A DNA stretch of 64,000 nt from Lingula anatina. Its lineage: Eukaryota; Animalia; Brachiopoda. Position numbers and translations under genes: made by a program. The notes below the pieces were generated by a model. That model was not told where the DNA came from, searched no databases, and saw nothing but the letters and a program-made list of their open reading frames with translations. The stretch's first letter is position 1, and every line of letters begins with the position of its first letter. The stretch covers positions 61,606,788-61,670,787 of the forward strand of contig CM120640.1 of assembly GCA_051362555.1 (NCBI GenBank), written 5' to 3'. This document shows, in pieces, positions 46,901 to 61,355 of this stretch.

Positions 46901-49900
46901 AATTGAGTAACAATGTAAAATGCTTAAATTTCATATCAGCCTTTTTTGAACATTTCCTGTAAATCATAATGACAATGCCTAATAAAGCAATGGAAATTAT
47001 ATTTACAGGAAGCACTACAACAGTCCTAATTGAATTGATAACTAAATGACAGCCTTCCTCACTCCTCACCATCAGACTGATTCATCTATTTTAATATCTT
47101 TTGTGCTCAAAACCAAGCCTGTCTCATTAGTGGCAGATACTTACTGGATTTTCTGCTGGTCGTGTTGCTACTTTAACCATCACATTTGTGCTGAATATGA
47201 AGGAGGAAAAGAATACCTGCAACACACACAAAAAGAACTTTATATATTTAATCTTATTTCATTGTGGTGCACAGATATCAAAACCCATAAACAATTTTAC
47301 TGTGCAAATCTTATTTCATTGTGGTGCATAGTCATCACAATACATTCCAGTTAAAATATGATATCAGTTTTTTTAATACGTTTTAAAACATACTTTTTCA
47401 TGACAAATGTCCAAAGCAATAAAGTAGTGGATATTTTTATGGAGACTACCAAAGTGTAATAGGATATTTCTTTTCCAAGTATAACTAGCTGAAATTATTA
47501 CAGTTACCAATTACAACTGTAATAAAAGATGGTGAAGATTAGGAACAATAAGACTGGCAGGTGATAATCTGCTTGATCCACTTAATTAAATAACATTTCA
47601 ACACCTGCAGATGAAATTGGACAGTGATAGGGTAAAGCTTCATTAACACATGGAACTATGGCTTCAAAACACCTTCCATATCATTACAGCAATACTTGAA
47701 CATAAATATCCTATCAAGCAAAAATTTTACTCATCTACTTACATCCCTCTTGAATTGATCACTGGCTAGATAGCTTTATGTCAATTGAATAGATAAAATG
47801 CATGGCTTAATTATGCCACCCTGGTGTATGGCCTTATTAAGGTACAAGGTTTTAAAATTAAGAAAAAAAGGATGGAATTTGACCAGAACATTTTATTCTA
47901 TCGATGTATAATTTGCAAAATGTTGTTTATAACTAAATCAATATATATGTATGTTTAATTTGTTACATCAATTTAAAACAGATTCCTTTTATGGTTTTAA
48001 AAAATCCCACACAGAACTAAATATGGAATCTTGACAATCCCACTTAAAGATTCACTGGTTAACCATTTCTAATCCACTAGACAGGTGCATAACCTGCTAC
48101 AAAGAGGGTACCAATCAAAAGAGAAAGGTGTGCTGGTACTTCAAGGAAAACTGGGTTTTATAGTTGATCATTCATTACAACAAAGAGGTCATGATTATTT
48201 CCTTACATGCTGGCACTAACGAGATGCCACAGTTCTGCTGGTCCTTTGTCTCATATCCAGCGTATGTATTTAGTCCATCCAAGGCACACACATCAAATTT
48301 TAAAGGCACTTTAATTTAATGTAATCAAATTAAATCAAAATTCATGCTTGCTGTGACTTAATGGGTTTTTGTTCTTTATACATTTGTTTTCATATTTACA
48401 ATTTTTCCTCACTTCCATTGTGATATTTATTACAAATATTTCAAGTTTGTTTACAACTTCCTTAACAGTTCTTAACACAATAAAATATGCATAGTATCTA
48501 TATAATCCAACTGCTACCCTGAGCAGCAAATGAAGTCCTGTGATCCTGAAAGGTGAGCAAAACCAAAGAAAATAATGAGCTATTTCAACTTACCCAAAAC
48601 ACATCATACAAGAGGAGGCCCAGTAACAGTAATGTTGAAACCTTCAAACTTGGGAGGCGAACTAGTGCAATGAATGCTACACACAATCCCATTCCTAGGG
48701 CTGCAAACCAGGAAGAAAAGTGCATAAAACATACATTGTGGAAGTCAGCTAAGAAAATAGCTACTCAAGTTCATTTTGACACATTTAGTGTACTCTATAC
48801 TTGACACTCGTTTGATGCTAGGATAAAATGAAGTTAGGTACTTATTATATTCATTTATCTAGTATGTTAACCTGATCAATTTGCATCTAGCTTAAATATT
48901 GAATGAATGTTTGAAAAATCTTATCAAAAGGACTGCAGCATTTTCTCCACTCACCATCCATTAAAAGCCAGTGCCCTGTTAGCACCCAGGTACATACTAT
49001 ACACACAGACATGCAGAATGATAAGATCTCTGCAGCTGTAAAACGGCCACAGTATCCAAATGACTTTCTGTAACAAGGAAATAAAGTGGTCTTACAACCA
49101 TAATCCCATGACTCGTGTACTTGCCGGTATGGTTGAAAAATAAATATATATTCTTGACTTTGTGAGAAGGGATAATTACTGCTCCTTGACTACCATGTGA
49201 TATCAGACGGAAAGTGTCTCACTCAGTCACGTTTTTCTTGTACTGTAAACTGCAGTTAACCTCCTCCTGGTAACTTCGGTAACCTCAGTGAATAGCAAAC
49301 TCATTTATATTAATTTCATATATGTCAAATAATATTTGTGTACATTGTATGTACATTACTCCTATTAAACACTTTTCTCCTTTTAAACTGGAAATATAAA
49401 GCATTTTCTTCAAAGGAGCATCAATAGTTTTCAACAATGTCTTGCAAATATTCATTCTCTATTATAAGCAACCTTTCATTTAAGTGCTGCTTTGATGATC
49501 TGCAAACATATCAGCTAAGTATCCCTCATCTTATTTGACTAAGAAGAATGATTGTGTACCAGTTCCTTTAAATGCATACATGTAAAATATCAGATTATGA
49601 TGAAATATTTGCCAGTCAGGCCTAATCCAATTTTCATTGAAAATAAGAACTTCATGGAAAGACATCATGAATGCAGTGCACTCCTTATGAACCACTTCAA
49701 ATTGTATTGATCTCAAGTGAAGGCAAAACATGCTTTAAGATTCAAGTAAATAACCAACAGAACTTAAATGAATGGCCAGGGTCACTTAAGTGTATAACAA
49801 CAATACTGGTTTCAACAGTCATAAATAAAAATATAGCACAGGACAGTCTGATATCCATTATCATGCATGAATCAGAAGACAAAATTTGAATTATATCAGC

Positions 49901-52900
49901 TACACATGTTGGTAGATGATTTTGTAAATGGGCCACTTTCCTCATTTATATATGCTCTAGATTTCAAATACCACAAAATAAAAAATTACCTAATTATTAA
50001 ACGCCATCAAGTAAGGCCTCATCTTTAAGTTAGTACATAATACATTACAGCAAACATGCACTTACTTTTGTCCCGATGAACATGGACGAAGGAGATACTG
50101 GCACATGGGTAGTAATAGAAATGCAAAAGCAATAGTAGCCAACACTGAAAATACAAAATGATATTCTTTATGAAGAGAAACATTTACATTTGATTGATCT
50201 GATGGTCCACTTTTCTTTTATTTCATAACCTCAATTAATTTTGAGCAGTGGAAAATTCCTAATCCCACGCTTCTGCATAATCTTGCAATTATCTGCAAGA
50301 AATTAGTGCTAAGAAATATAAAGCAATCTGGCTTTGTATGATATGTTACAGTGACCTACTTCTTTTGCGATATTAGTAGCCAGGAGGCCTCGGTAGCGCA
50401 GTAGGCAGCGCGTCAGTCTCATAATCAAACCTACATGGGTAATCTGAAGGTCGTGAGTTCGATCCTCACCCGGGGCAGTTATTTTATATATGAATGATTC
50501 CATCCTTCAAACCATCCTCCCAATGCATTGAACTAGGGCACATTTTATTTGAAATACTTAATTCCTGTCTTAGCTTTTGTATATATTTCAAAGCAATATG
50601 AATCTATGTTAAATAAGCTTGACAGCAAATTCATGTCTATTAGATATTGTTAGCTGGGGATAATTAAATGATCCTGTCTGAAGATATGTTACAATGAAGG
50701 CAGGATACTAAACATCTCATTCAGTCAAATTTAAGTCTGTGAAATCTAAAATCATCTCTGTTATAACATAATGGTGCAGAAGGAAATGTTTTGACTACAA
50801 AAGAACACCCATGTCACACTAATGAAACAGAGTTATAACAACAGTTGGAGCTCATAAGTTTTATGCATATTAACAATATCATAGTACTATCTTGATAAAG
50901 AAGGTAATTTGATTGCAACTAAACCATCCCTTTTAATCCCTCAGCTAAGAGGTTATCCTAACATGATGAGCAGGATAACTTAGAGACATTGCTATCAGGT
51001 GTTTACCTCTGAAAGTTCAGATTTTTTAAATAAAAAACTCACCTTGTGGGGTTTTATGATATGAGCATAAAATTACCCCCCAAGGGGCTTTATGGCAAGT
51101 TAGCCATTTTCTCTTGGATTGCCTAGATATTTCCCAAGGGAAAAGCACTGAGAGTTACTTAATTAAAATTTCTACTGGTAACAGCTCAGTGTTCATTTCA
51201 CCTTGGGGCAAGATGAACTATAAAACTTTAAGTCTTTATCCAAAAATAAAAAAATAAGCTGTGCTAAAGCTGGTTGTTCATTCATTAAGTTTTTCACCCA
51301 CCTAGTGACAGCTCTGGTTAATTGCATTACCATAAACAGACTATGACTTGTCAGAGTAGAACAAAATTCATAGCAATTATAACTTTTAGGCTATAAAGCA
51401 GGATGTAAGTTACCAGGTTGATTTAACCAATGCTACGTTTATTTTTGAACTGGTTCCTAATAAACTCATTACTAGATAAACTCATAACTAGACTTCAAAT
51501 ACACCCTTTCTTAGACTGGGTTCCCATCCCTAGATCAATCTAACAGGATTAGTCCATCTCCACGGGGTTTCTCACTAAATTGCTTTCAGCTTAAGAGGCT
51601 TAGATGTCTGGGACGCCTACTAAAGCTGCTAAACAATTGTTAATTACCCCCTATCAGCTTCAGTAGGCATGACAGACATCTAAGCCGCTTAAGTTAATTG
51701 CAATTAAGCGAGAATCCCCTTGGAGATAGTTCGTTCCAATGTTAGTACAATAGTCTCTGGGAATGGTCTCTAAGTGAACAAGTTGATCCGCGGACTACCA
51801 GATCCATGGACTAACAGATCCGCAGAATAAATATAGTTGACCCACTTAAAAGCAATGCCCACTCATTCACTGATGGTCCTCCCTTTGCCTCCACATGCAC
51901 CATTGCTGTAAGGGTCTAACAATTAAACATTGGAGCTGAAATTTAATCCACTTGATAGTGTATGTAGAGGCAGGGAGACCATCAGGAGATTAGGCAGCTT
52001 GCTTTTGTGTGGGGTCAGCTATATTTAAGTCGGCAGATCAGGGCTCCGAATCTAGAAAGGTTTGCTATGTTGGGCATAACCAATCCTATTTCGAGATACG
52101 GGGCCATGGAATCTAGACGCTTGCGCACGTGAGCACGATTCCATGGCCCAGTTAGTCCATGAAGCATCTGTGCTGAATGCCACCCAAGAAAGCAGTAAAA
52201 CCACATTATATTATATTATAGAGAGAGCAAATGGGCTAATTTTCATAATTTTGGCAATAATTGAGCAGCTTGTTTACAGGCACAATAAATTTAAGTGCCT
52301 CACAACACAGCTGTCCCATAAGACATGCTGCCTATGGCAATTCAACATAAAATCATATAGAGAGAGGTTTATACACAGAGGCTTATAGAAAAGTAACTAA
52401 CATCGTTTACGTTTACTTAACACTAATGCAAGGAAAATCTTATATGCCTTAACATAAATTTGAACATATTTAAGATCAATACATTTCTGCATTTTGTACC
52501 TTTAGCAAAAGAATATTGAATCCAATTTAGTCTTTGATCTTGTAAAAAGAACAAAGCCAATTTTGAAATGTGAAAACTAATGTAGGCCAACTGTGTGTAC
52601 AAAATGTATTCACACATACATTCACTGATGATAAAAAGTAACTTTTAGACAGTCAATGGCAATTTTAATCTTGATGTTGAAACTAGCTGACTCAGCTTAT
52701 CAAGTACACATTAACATGCATTCATACATGCACACACATGCACTTTGGATGATACTTCATAACATATGTCAATTAGTATAGAGCCTGCATTACATATTCA
52801 ATATTAGTATTGTTTGTTTGTTTGCCTGCTTTATGCAATAAGATATCTGATTTATTGTTTCAAATGAAGGTTTCAGTTCATCTGAGTGCTAATAGGTATG

Positions 52901-53542
52901 CTAGCATCCTAGATAAGGGAGAGTTGCGGGTTAGCCAAAAATAGTACACTTAAGACTTTGTTGTGACTATTTCCTAGGCCTACAGAGCTGCCTCGGGGTA
53001 ATAAGTTACATTTGGATTTTTACATATCTGATTACATGTCCAATGTGAATGTATTGTAACATTGTTCTATTTGTCACAATAATAAAAGCAATTCTATCGA
53101 AGGGGAAGAGTTGTAAAACATATTTCTTCTTCTTATCATTATAAATACACTGATTACTTATTTTCTTATAATTATTATGGTCCAGATATATGTAGGTATA
53201 CAAAAACAAGTAATTCTATAATACAAATGCAACATTATGTGCATAATCAAACAGAGAGGGAGAGAGAGAGAGAGAGAGCAAGAAAACTACTTGCTAAGCA
53301 TCACAGTTCACTTTAAGTTCACTTGATGTGTCTTATCAGTATCTATCAGCATGAAGTATATTATATGAACCATTTTAAGCTGCATTCTGAATGGCTTAAA
53401 GAGAAAATATAATATTTTCACTCTAATGTCAGGAAATGATTACTTGATTACTTTCTTGCAACCCCAGCCACATCATGCCTTTGAAATTCTATACACTGTT
53501 TCCCAAGCTGGGTGTTTAACTGAACAAATCCTAAGGGGGACT

Positions 53543-53584
<42 letters not shown>

Positions 53585-56500
53585 GCAATCAAGAATTTTT
53601 TCATTTGTTAAGATATCTTTTTTTGTAGTGTGTAGGTTCAATACTTACTTGCAGTGCAGACTGCAAACACCATCTGCAGGGAGTCAAAAAAGAGAAACAT
53701 GATGAGGAGAGAGATGGAGGCCCCAATAGGCAGGAACATGGCTTGGCAGCTGTCAATAGTTTGAACTGAAAGAAAACATGATATCAGATGTCTAAATGAC
53801 AATAATTGACATCAAAGTATCCATAAAGTTAGCATGCGTTTGTGTAAAGGGAAGCCACTGTTATTAAATTTTAATACGTGCAAAAATATAATATGGAAAT
53901 TTGCAAAAAATAATTATGGCTTAATGACTAATTCTATTCTACAGACCAAAATGTAATGATAAATTATTTGCTTCTAGCAAGGACACCTTTATCTTAAGAT
54001 TGTGGTATGTCAACAGTTTTCCACATTCTAATTTACATAAATGAATGTCAAGTAAAGAATTTCAGATTTTTTACTTTGATAGTCCCAAACAAATAACATA
54101 ACTGAGCTAAGGTAAGCCATCTTCTCTAACTGGCTTCATTCATCAGTTTTATCTTGATAAATGACAGATGCAATTGAAAAATGAACTTTTTTCTAGCCTT
54201 AGTCCTGGGAATTGCTATATTACTATTTATCCAACCTTTGATTCACATGAAAAAAGTATGTGGATTTTATAAATCCTATGCTTGAAAAATGTACACAGCT
54301 TCAGTGCTTTAAGGTTTTAAAGACAGGACAAAAGTCAATCATTAATTGTTCTCTACTAGTGTTAAATGTTTGAAATATATTTGTGCATGGTAGCTGCTTA
54401 CCATTATCTGCTTCACTACTTTGATTAGAGTTCTCACCACCATTCACTACAGAAAATGAGCCATCTTTCTCCTGTTTCTGGCGGTTTTCTTGGTCTAGGT
54501 TTAAAGATCTATAACAAAAGAGATACACATTTTAATAATCTTATTTTTCAAATTTTCTTTTACTTACACCAGGCATATACCATCGTATACAATTAATATA
54601 CTTTAAAAAGTTGCATTTAGTTTATTATTTTACCAATTGGTCGACCTCCTTTCCAACTTCATAACCCTCTGTAGGTTAGGCATTCCCCATATAGTTGAAA
54701 AGTGAACAAAATCATTCAAAAGATAAGTTCCTCCTTTACCTTATTAAACTATCATAATCATAAAAAGTAACCTAGGGCCCTGCGCGTGAACACTAATAAA
54801 TAGGAAATTTTGTTAGGAAAATTAAGGCATATACTGCCCTTGCTGACCTCCATAAAGGTGTGCACTACAGACAAAGGCTACACAGCAATATCATCATTCA
54901 AGAAAGCATGATGGCAAAACAATGACCCTCCCATTTTTCACCTGAGAGGCATAATCACTGGCAGGTTATCATAGAAATGGAAATCACATCATGCACTTGA
55001 ATACCAATTTGTGGATGTCAAAGCTACAGCCATATTTCCAGAGAACTCCAATCATAACTCAGAGTCTACTCACAAAGTTGTATATTTAACATTAAAGTTT
55101 ATATTATCTTTCATTAAAATGAAGGGTTGCTTCTTCTGGCTAGGGCTGATGATATTTAACAATGTTTAAGATACTAAGAAGCCTTCTTACTACAATGGCT
55201 ATCTGGACAGTGACCAGATAATGAGCAATTTTCAATTCGTTGCCACATATCAGGAAAATGACCACAAAATATAAAAGGGTATATAAACCCTTCAAAGTAG
55301 TTTCAAAAATTTCTAATAAAGAAAGTAAAAATGTATCAACAGTTGGCTCAATAAATGGGGTTAAACTATCTTAAAACATTAGTTCTGCAACATCAATAGT
55401 CCATTTAATAAAACTCACCCTAGAACCAACTTTTCGTGCAAAAAGTCAATTCTGTTTTCTACTGGGTCTCAGGTGTCATAAAATTTTTGACAGGTAAAGC
55501 ACCTTTTGGGAAATGATGATCAAAATGGTCCCCATTCCAATTTCATGCATCAAAATGGACCCCTATTCCAAATTCAAGTGAGAACCTTTTTCAAGTACAG
55601 CACAACAGCAGACATATTACAAAACATTGCCATTTAACAGGTACACACAAATACTTAACACCAGGATAACACCTGCCACTGGGATTATCGAGAATAAATA
55701 GATAATTTCTATCCAGTAAACCTTGTTGGTGTTTCAAGTCTGTTACATGCATTCATTCACTAGTTAATTTTTTCTCTTCAGCTTCTAATTGGAATATAAA
55801 ACCTACCTAAAGCTTCCATACACTATAAGAAGTATAGAAATTATGAATGTGGAGACCCTGGAAGAATCCATTATTGAGTAGGCCCTGAAAATAATAAAGA
55901 ACAAATTATATATCAAACATCTGTTCATTTGACAAATCCCACTGCAATAACAAATGGTGCATAGATTTCAATTTCCGCTGCCTTTTAAATTGCACCTTCT
56001 AATATGTCCAATACTAGTAGACACTTTCACTAGCAATAGAATTTTATCTCCAGTAGTGTGGTGCAAGTTTTTTGTTTTGTTTTTAGACCAGTTTTTATTG
56101 TAACATTTGAGAATATGATTACTAACTTAAGTCTGATACAAGAGAAAAAAAAAAGCCCCAGTAGAAAAATATATATAATAACAGAAGTGTAACAATTTAA
56201 CCATTTTAACAACTAAATCAGAAAGACTATACACAACCTGAAATAGGTTTTAAAAACATTGGAAACACATTTACAGAAACAGCTGTGCTTTACCTTAGGA
56301 AAAAAACATAACATTCATGAACAAATGCCACTATATATTGATAGCCAACTCAGTGAAGGGGCAGTGTTTAGAAGGTCACTGGTATGCTCTTACAACAACA
56401 AGGAACAGGTGATACCAGGTATGACCATTAGGTAAGATCAACACTGAGATATCAACCTTGTATTTATCTGTATGTGGACAGGTCACTACAAGCACACCAA

Positions 56501-59500
56501 TAGGAATCTTAAAATCATATAACTCGCAATTTTTGTTCTCAACTGTTCTTATAATTGATAAATCCAACTAAAGCACCAATTTTTGTAGACAGTCTATTAG
56601 AATAATCAGAAAATCTACAACAGCTATTTCATAATTGTTATTTGAACAAAGAAACAAGTGAAAATGAAAATAAATTAACCACATTAGCACAGCGATAAAG
56701 TACTAGTAATAAAGATGAATGTCATACTCCTGATATAGCAACACTATCAATATCTAGAATATATATGTCATCTGTTTCATAGGCCTCCTGCCTGGGGCAT
56801 AGCAAGTGTCCATCATATTACAAGATGCAGGGAGCTAAACCTTAACAGTGATAATAATAATTTATTGTACATAAAAACTGTCTACATCCATAGGCTCTTG
56901 AAACTACTGTTTAATTAGAACGAGAATTTCAAATGGCTTGATTTCATTAAATAAGTGTATTTCTGTTGACATCAAGAGGTCAGCCTATATACCAACAAAA
57001 TGCATGCATTAATTACTACATATACCTTTTGCACTGGCCGAGATGAAAATGAGCACCCATAAAGTATTACAAACAGCCGTGCACGGGCATGTGAATTATC
57101 TGCCACATATTGCAAATTTAACATAAGAAACTTGAGCTGTCATGATCCAGTAAATCATGTTGTTGGCTTCAATTTGAGTGGAATTTCTTCAGTATAGAGA
57201 GCAGTTGCCCCTACTTTTATGTACCTGTACTGTGTCAGCTAGGCCTGTATTCCATAGCATTTGCATCTCATTTATGAAGATTGATAGGGACACAAAAGAG
57301 TAGGATTTGAAATGATTTAATTGCCAAGAGTAACCATACATTTGAAAGGGAAAAAGCCCTGTCACTGTTATGGCAGTGCCATTTCATGAGTCCGATGATA
57401 ATTTGACATACCATATCAGCATATTTATTGGCCAACCATTAAAATCAAGCTTGGCTCCAAAGGCTAAAAAATCAAGCTAGTGCATAACTAAAAATGCTTT
57501 AAATGTTTGGATACCAGGTACTTCTTCCACAACAGCATCTGATAACTGCATGTGAACCTTACTGAACAATAACAAAAGATGAAAGCACTTCATTTCAGGT
57601 TTAGCAACCTGACATGGAGCTTACCCAATTTGATCCATATTCTGAGCAACATGAACGTTAACATGCCCAGATGCAGGATGACCCATCTTAATATTATGCA
57701 GAGTTAATCCAGCATATAGACTTTGATTTTCTTCACCTACAGTGCCTTCATCCCAACTTGTCTATAGGTTAACACTATTACTAAGCGAGACATGAGGTCA
57801 GAGCTCAACAGCAAAACAATGAAGCTCCCAGGCTAAGAGGCACTGGATCTTTGCTGTCTCCATTTCTTCAGCCGGACACTCAGTCCACATGCCACAGTAA
57901 ATATATACACAAATATGAAGATAATGAAGATATTTTCTTGTATAACAAAGTGCTGCTGGATGCTTATGTCGTCCTTTTCTGTGTCGATCCCTATCAGGCT
58001 TTCATCCATATGATAAATCCTGAGAGTAACCCTTCTTTATGCTACAATGGACTCTTCCAAATAGGAGTGGTAGGTGCTTGGAACAGTCCATTTCAGGTCT
58101 CTGTGAACAGTTGTTCCAGGTCCCCATGTATATACAGTATATAAGCTGGTACTGTTTTTTTTTCTTTGTGTAATGAGCACACATTACGACTGTATCAAAA
58201 AGTCTATAGGTTTATTTAATGCCTGATGCTCTAATTTGATAGGCTAAAATGATATTCTATATTATAAGCAATGGTGAAGAGTTGTATACATCTTATTCAT
58301 ATACTAATATCGATATTCATTTATATTGATTTTGTGTTATAACAGTTTTGAAATAAAAAACACAATGATAATACTTAAAATAGATAGCTGAATCTAAAAA
58401 CTAATGTTTCATGTCAGACCTTGTCGTTATAAAAATTAATTTTTTGGATCTGACATAATTTTAAGTCCTAAAGTATTGGTCCTACATTGTAGCATTATGT
58501 GTTATCGTTTCATCACTTTTGCAAACAGTCACTACAAGGTACCTGAACACAACAGTAATATGCTAATTACCTGCATCAGTGAAGAGAAATTATTGAAATC
58601 AAGAACAAAGAACTGAACACAAAAGAAGCAATATGCAGGAGACAAAGCACTCAAACCAGCCACACAGATGTTACTCTTTCCTATTGTCAAATATTACTAA
58701 ACAGTTCACTACAAGTCACTTATGCAAAATAATAATATAACTGCATCATTACACTGGTTGTAGAATACTGGTAGCAGTATGTGGCAAGATATAAAACTGT
58801 CAATGCGGGGAAAAATGTGATTTTCATTGTGAAAAGTTCTGAATCACATCTGCTGAACATATTTGCAATCCACTTAATCAATTACAAGCATTATATATAT
58901 CATTGATTGCTTTAGGTTATGGCCTTAAGTAAAATATCATTATTACAGTACTTAATAAACATATTATTAAAGTATAAAAACATACTCTAAACCATGTGTT
59001 ACATGTATTAAATATAGCTATAGATATCCTAAAATCCCCTTTTTTGGCTTGAATGTAAAATAGAAAATATATGCAATTACTAGTAACATGACAAAAAAAT
59101 GCAAACCAACCTTTTAAACACCACCTGTTTAAGCTAAATGTATGTTAATAAATCATCTTTAGCAGTAAGGTATCCAAAAACAACTAATGAATATGTTCTG
59201 TAAGTACATAAATATGCACTAGTAATACAAGTACATTTCATTCATGGACAAGTTCCTCTGTCATAAAAAATTGCACAATATGATTCTTGCCCATCTTGAA
59301 ATATAGAAGGATCTTTCCCACATACATGTACATGTTTCCCATATATATATATATATATATATATAATATTTTGCTTTATATTCAAAAATTTTAGAAAATG
59401 TAACATTAAACACATATAAGAGTGCACTAAACCTCACAGACCTAAGCAGACCATTTCAATGGTCAAGTTTTCTTTGCAAACTGTTAAGTCAGTACGTGAG

Positions 59501-60793
59501 AGAAACTAGGCCTATCATATTGATTTCTCATCTGGCATGTGATTCTTCATTTCAACCTTTCTTGAGCAGTTTCCAACTGTCCACCTTCCTGCCAAGGACT
59601 GTTGGAGTGTTTCTTTTCAGATCTCTTACCATTCTCTGGGTTTCTCTCTTTTCTAGCATGGCTTAATTAGTGACTACCATTTTTTACTCATACCTCTCCT
59701 AGTACCACTCTTGCCTAATGCCGTGTCTCTTATTTGGTGCCTAATAGTAACATCTGGTCTTCAGCTATAGTATTTCATTCATGTGTAACTTTTAACTTTC
59801 AAGTTTTTATGAGAAATTAGGCTCTGTGCAGGCCGTACATGGAGATGGAAACTGACAAATTTGGATGTGAGGATTTTCCAACACAAAACTCAAAAACTGA
59901 TTTATGGATCTTCATTTTCTCAATGGCTTTGGATAGGGTATGCCTTGGCAATTATGAATGTTCCAGGTAAGGCTTTTTTATTAAATAAAATGGTCTAGTT
60001 AACACACTTTGTCTTTAAGCAAAATACTTTTCGTTTACTAGTAACTGTACTCAACTTTTCTGTGGAAAAGAACTACAAAACCACTAGTAATGTCTACATT
60101 CTTTTTGAAGGCACAGTTAAGATTTTATCAGCAAAAAAGGGAAAAAAGGCTTATTTTTTCAATTCTTTCTGGAAATAGAGGGTCTTAATTAATAATCATT
60201 TATTTATGGAGATAATTAAGAGTGTAATAAGGTACATGTATTTCTTTCATGTAGCTACTGGTATTACTAAAATTTCTTGACTGTACATATCGTTTAAGGT
60301 CTACGATAACATTTATCCTTCATGAGAATTGGGCAGTCTTTGTACATGTATACAAATGATACAAATTAAGCTCACAAAAGCTTTTTCAAGTATTTTTCAC
60401 AATGTGAGTAGCAACCATTTCCTTATTAAGACATTTAATTATTTCATCCTTTTTAATGTCATCTACTGATAGAATTTATTAACAGATATATCCTGATCTA
60501 TGTCTAGAGGGTAATATCTAAGACTCTTTATGAAGTAGCTAGACTATACCACCAAATGTTGGCAGCAATGAAATTAGCATCAATATATACTGTACACTTA
60601 ACTTAATTACAGGTAATAAATCACTTACTAAGAAGGGCGCACTAAGAATACCTACTGTACTCTTACTACTGCAGTACATAAAGAATAGTACTTTCTTTAA
60701 AGGCATAGAAACTTACCACTCGTAACGGACTACTGTCTGCGAATCGACCCCTTCCGTTCCAAAATCCATCCCTTGTGCTTGTGTATCGGCCAT
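43970..60793 (-). CDS. SPPL3: Signal peptide peptidase-like 3 (GxGD intramembrane aspartyl protease)
   Basis: Exons (minus) 60793-60717, 55884-55807, 54508-54402, 53765-53649, 50144-50066, 49067-48955, 48700-48594, 47216-47145, 46165-46077, 45711-45666, 45214-45064, 44487-44378, 44038-43970. Motifs: [38 protein letters not shown] and SPPL3-type [30 protein letters not shown]. Confidence 0.97.
50387..50477 (+). tRNA. tRNA-Met: Elongator tRNA-Met(CAT) with an 18-nt canonical intron (50424-50441)
   Basis: Removing 50424-50441 gives 73 nt GCCTCGGTAGCGCAGTAGGCAGCGCGTCAGTCTCATAATCTGAAGGTCGTGAGTTCGATCCTCACCCGGGGCA, a complete cloverleaf closely matching animal elongator Met tRNAs (incl. U31-U39). 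TTTT terminator at ~50482. Confidence 0.93.
51514..51770. mobile_element. Harbinger-like palindromic MITE (relative of 9824-10048)
   Basis: TTA/TAA flanks; internal inverted arms GCTTAGATGTCTG / CAGACATCTAAGC; shared AATTACCCCCT core. Confidence 0.65.
53543..53583 (+). repeat. Poly-G homopolymer (41 nt)
   Basis: Directly visible; lies ~65 nt into the SPPL3 intron after exon 4. Confidence 0.9.
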
Positions 60794-61355
60794 TATTGTC
60801 GACTATTTTTCAACAATTTACAAATATCTGGCGCATTACAACTCAGGCAATCCAAAATCTAACATGAATAAATATAAAATGTTTACACGGCAGCAATAAT
60901 ACCAATGTATCATATATTGCCTTCGACCACTTGCCGAAAATCCTTATTACATTAATAACCTACACATTCAGAACCAGAAATGTCTACTTCTAATGTTTTG
61001 GTTTGCACGACCAAGCCGATTTACCAACAGGTGTCATAGTATGAGCCTCCGCGAAATGTAACGCCCAAACAAACACTGTTTACGTCCAATTTTGATTTAA
61101 CAAAAATGAAACTTACAGCAATAACATTACTCATTTATAAGCATTTATTGAATTACTGTTTATTATTCAATACATTGATATCAAGATGTCTCTTTAAATA
61201 AAGGCGAATTAATACCAAAAAATGTGATCCGGTGTAAACAAATATGGCGGCCTCTGCCATGTGCGCGAGTGTGACCCCTGTGTTGTGGACTTTGAAACGA
61301 AAGGCCATGGGTAGTTTTCAACGTCAGTTGGTATACATTGGTGATGTAGGTTGCG
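60794..61355. promoter_or_regulatory. Head-to-head (bidirectional) promoter region SPPL3 / HNF1
   Basis: Divergent start codons only 562 bp apart; YY1-like AATATGGCGGC at ~61241-61251. Confidence 0.6.

Noticed and set aside
53426-53611. Poly-Gly ORF / functional G-quadruplex
   Set aside because: Simple G homopolymer whose length is unreliable in assemblies; no other support.
57000-58184. Possible nested gene or decayed coding sequence in SPPL3 intron 1
   Set aside because: Slightly more GC-rich, but the frames I translated contain stops and give no recognisable protein or consistent exon chain.
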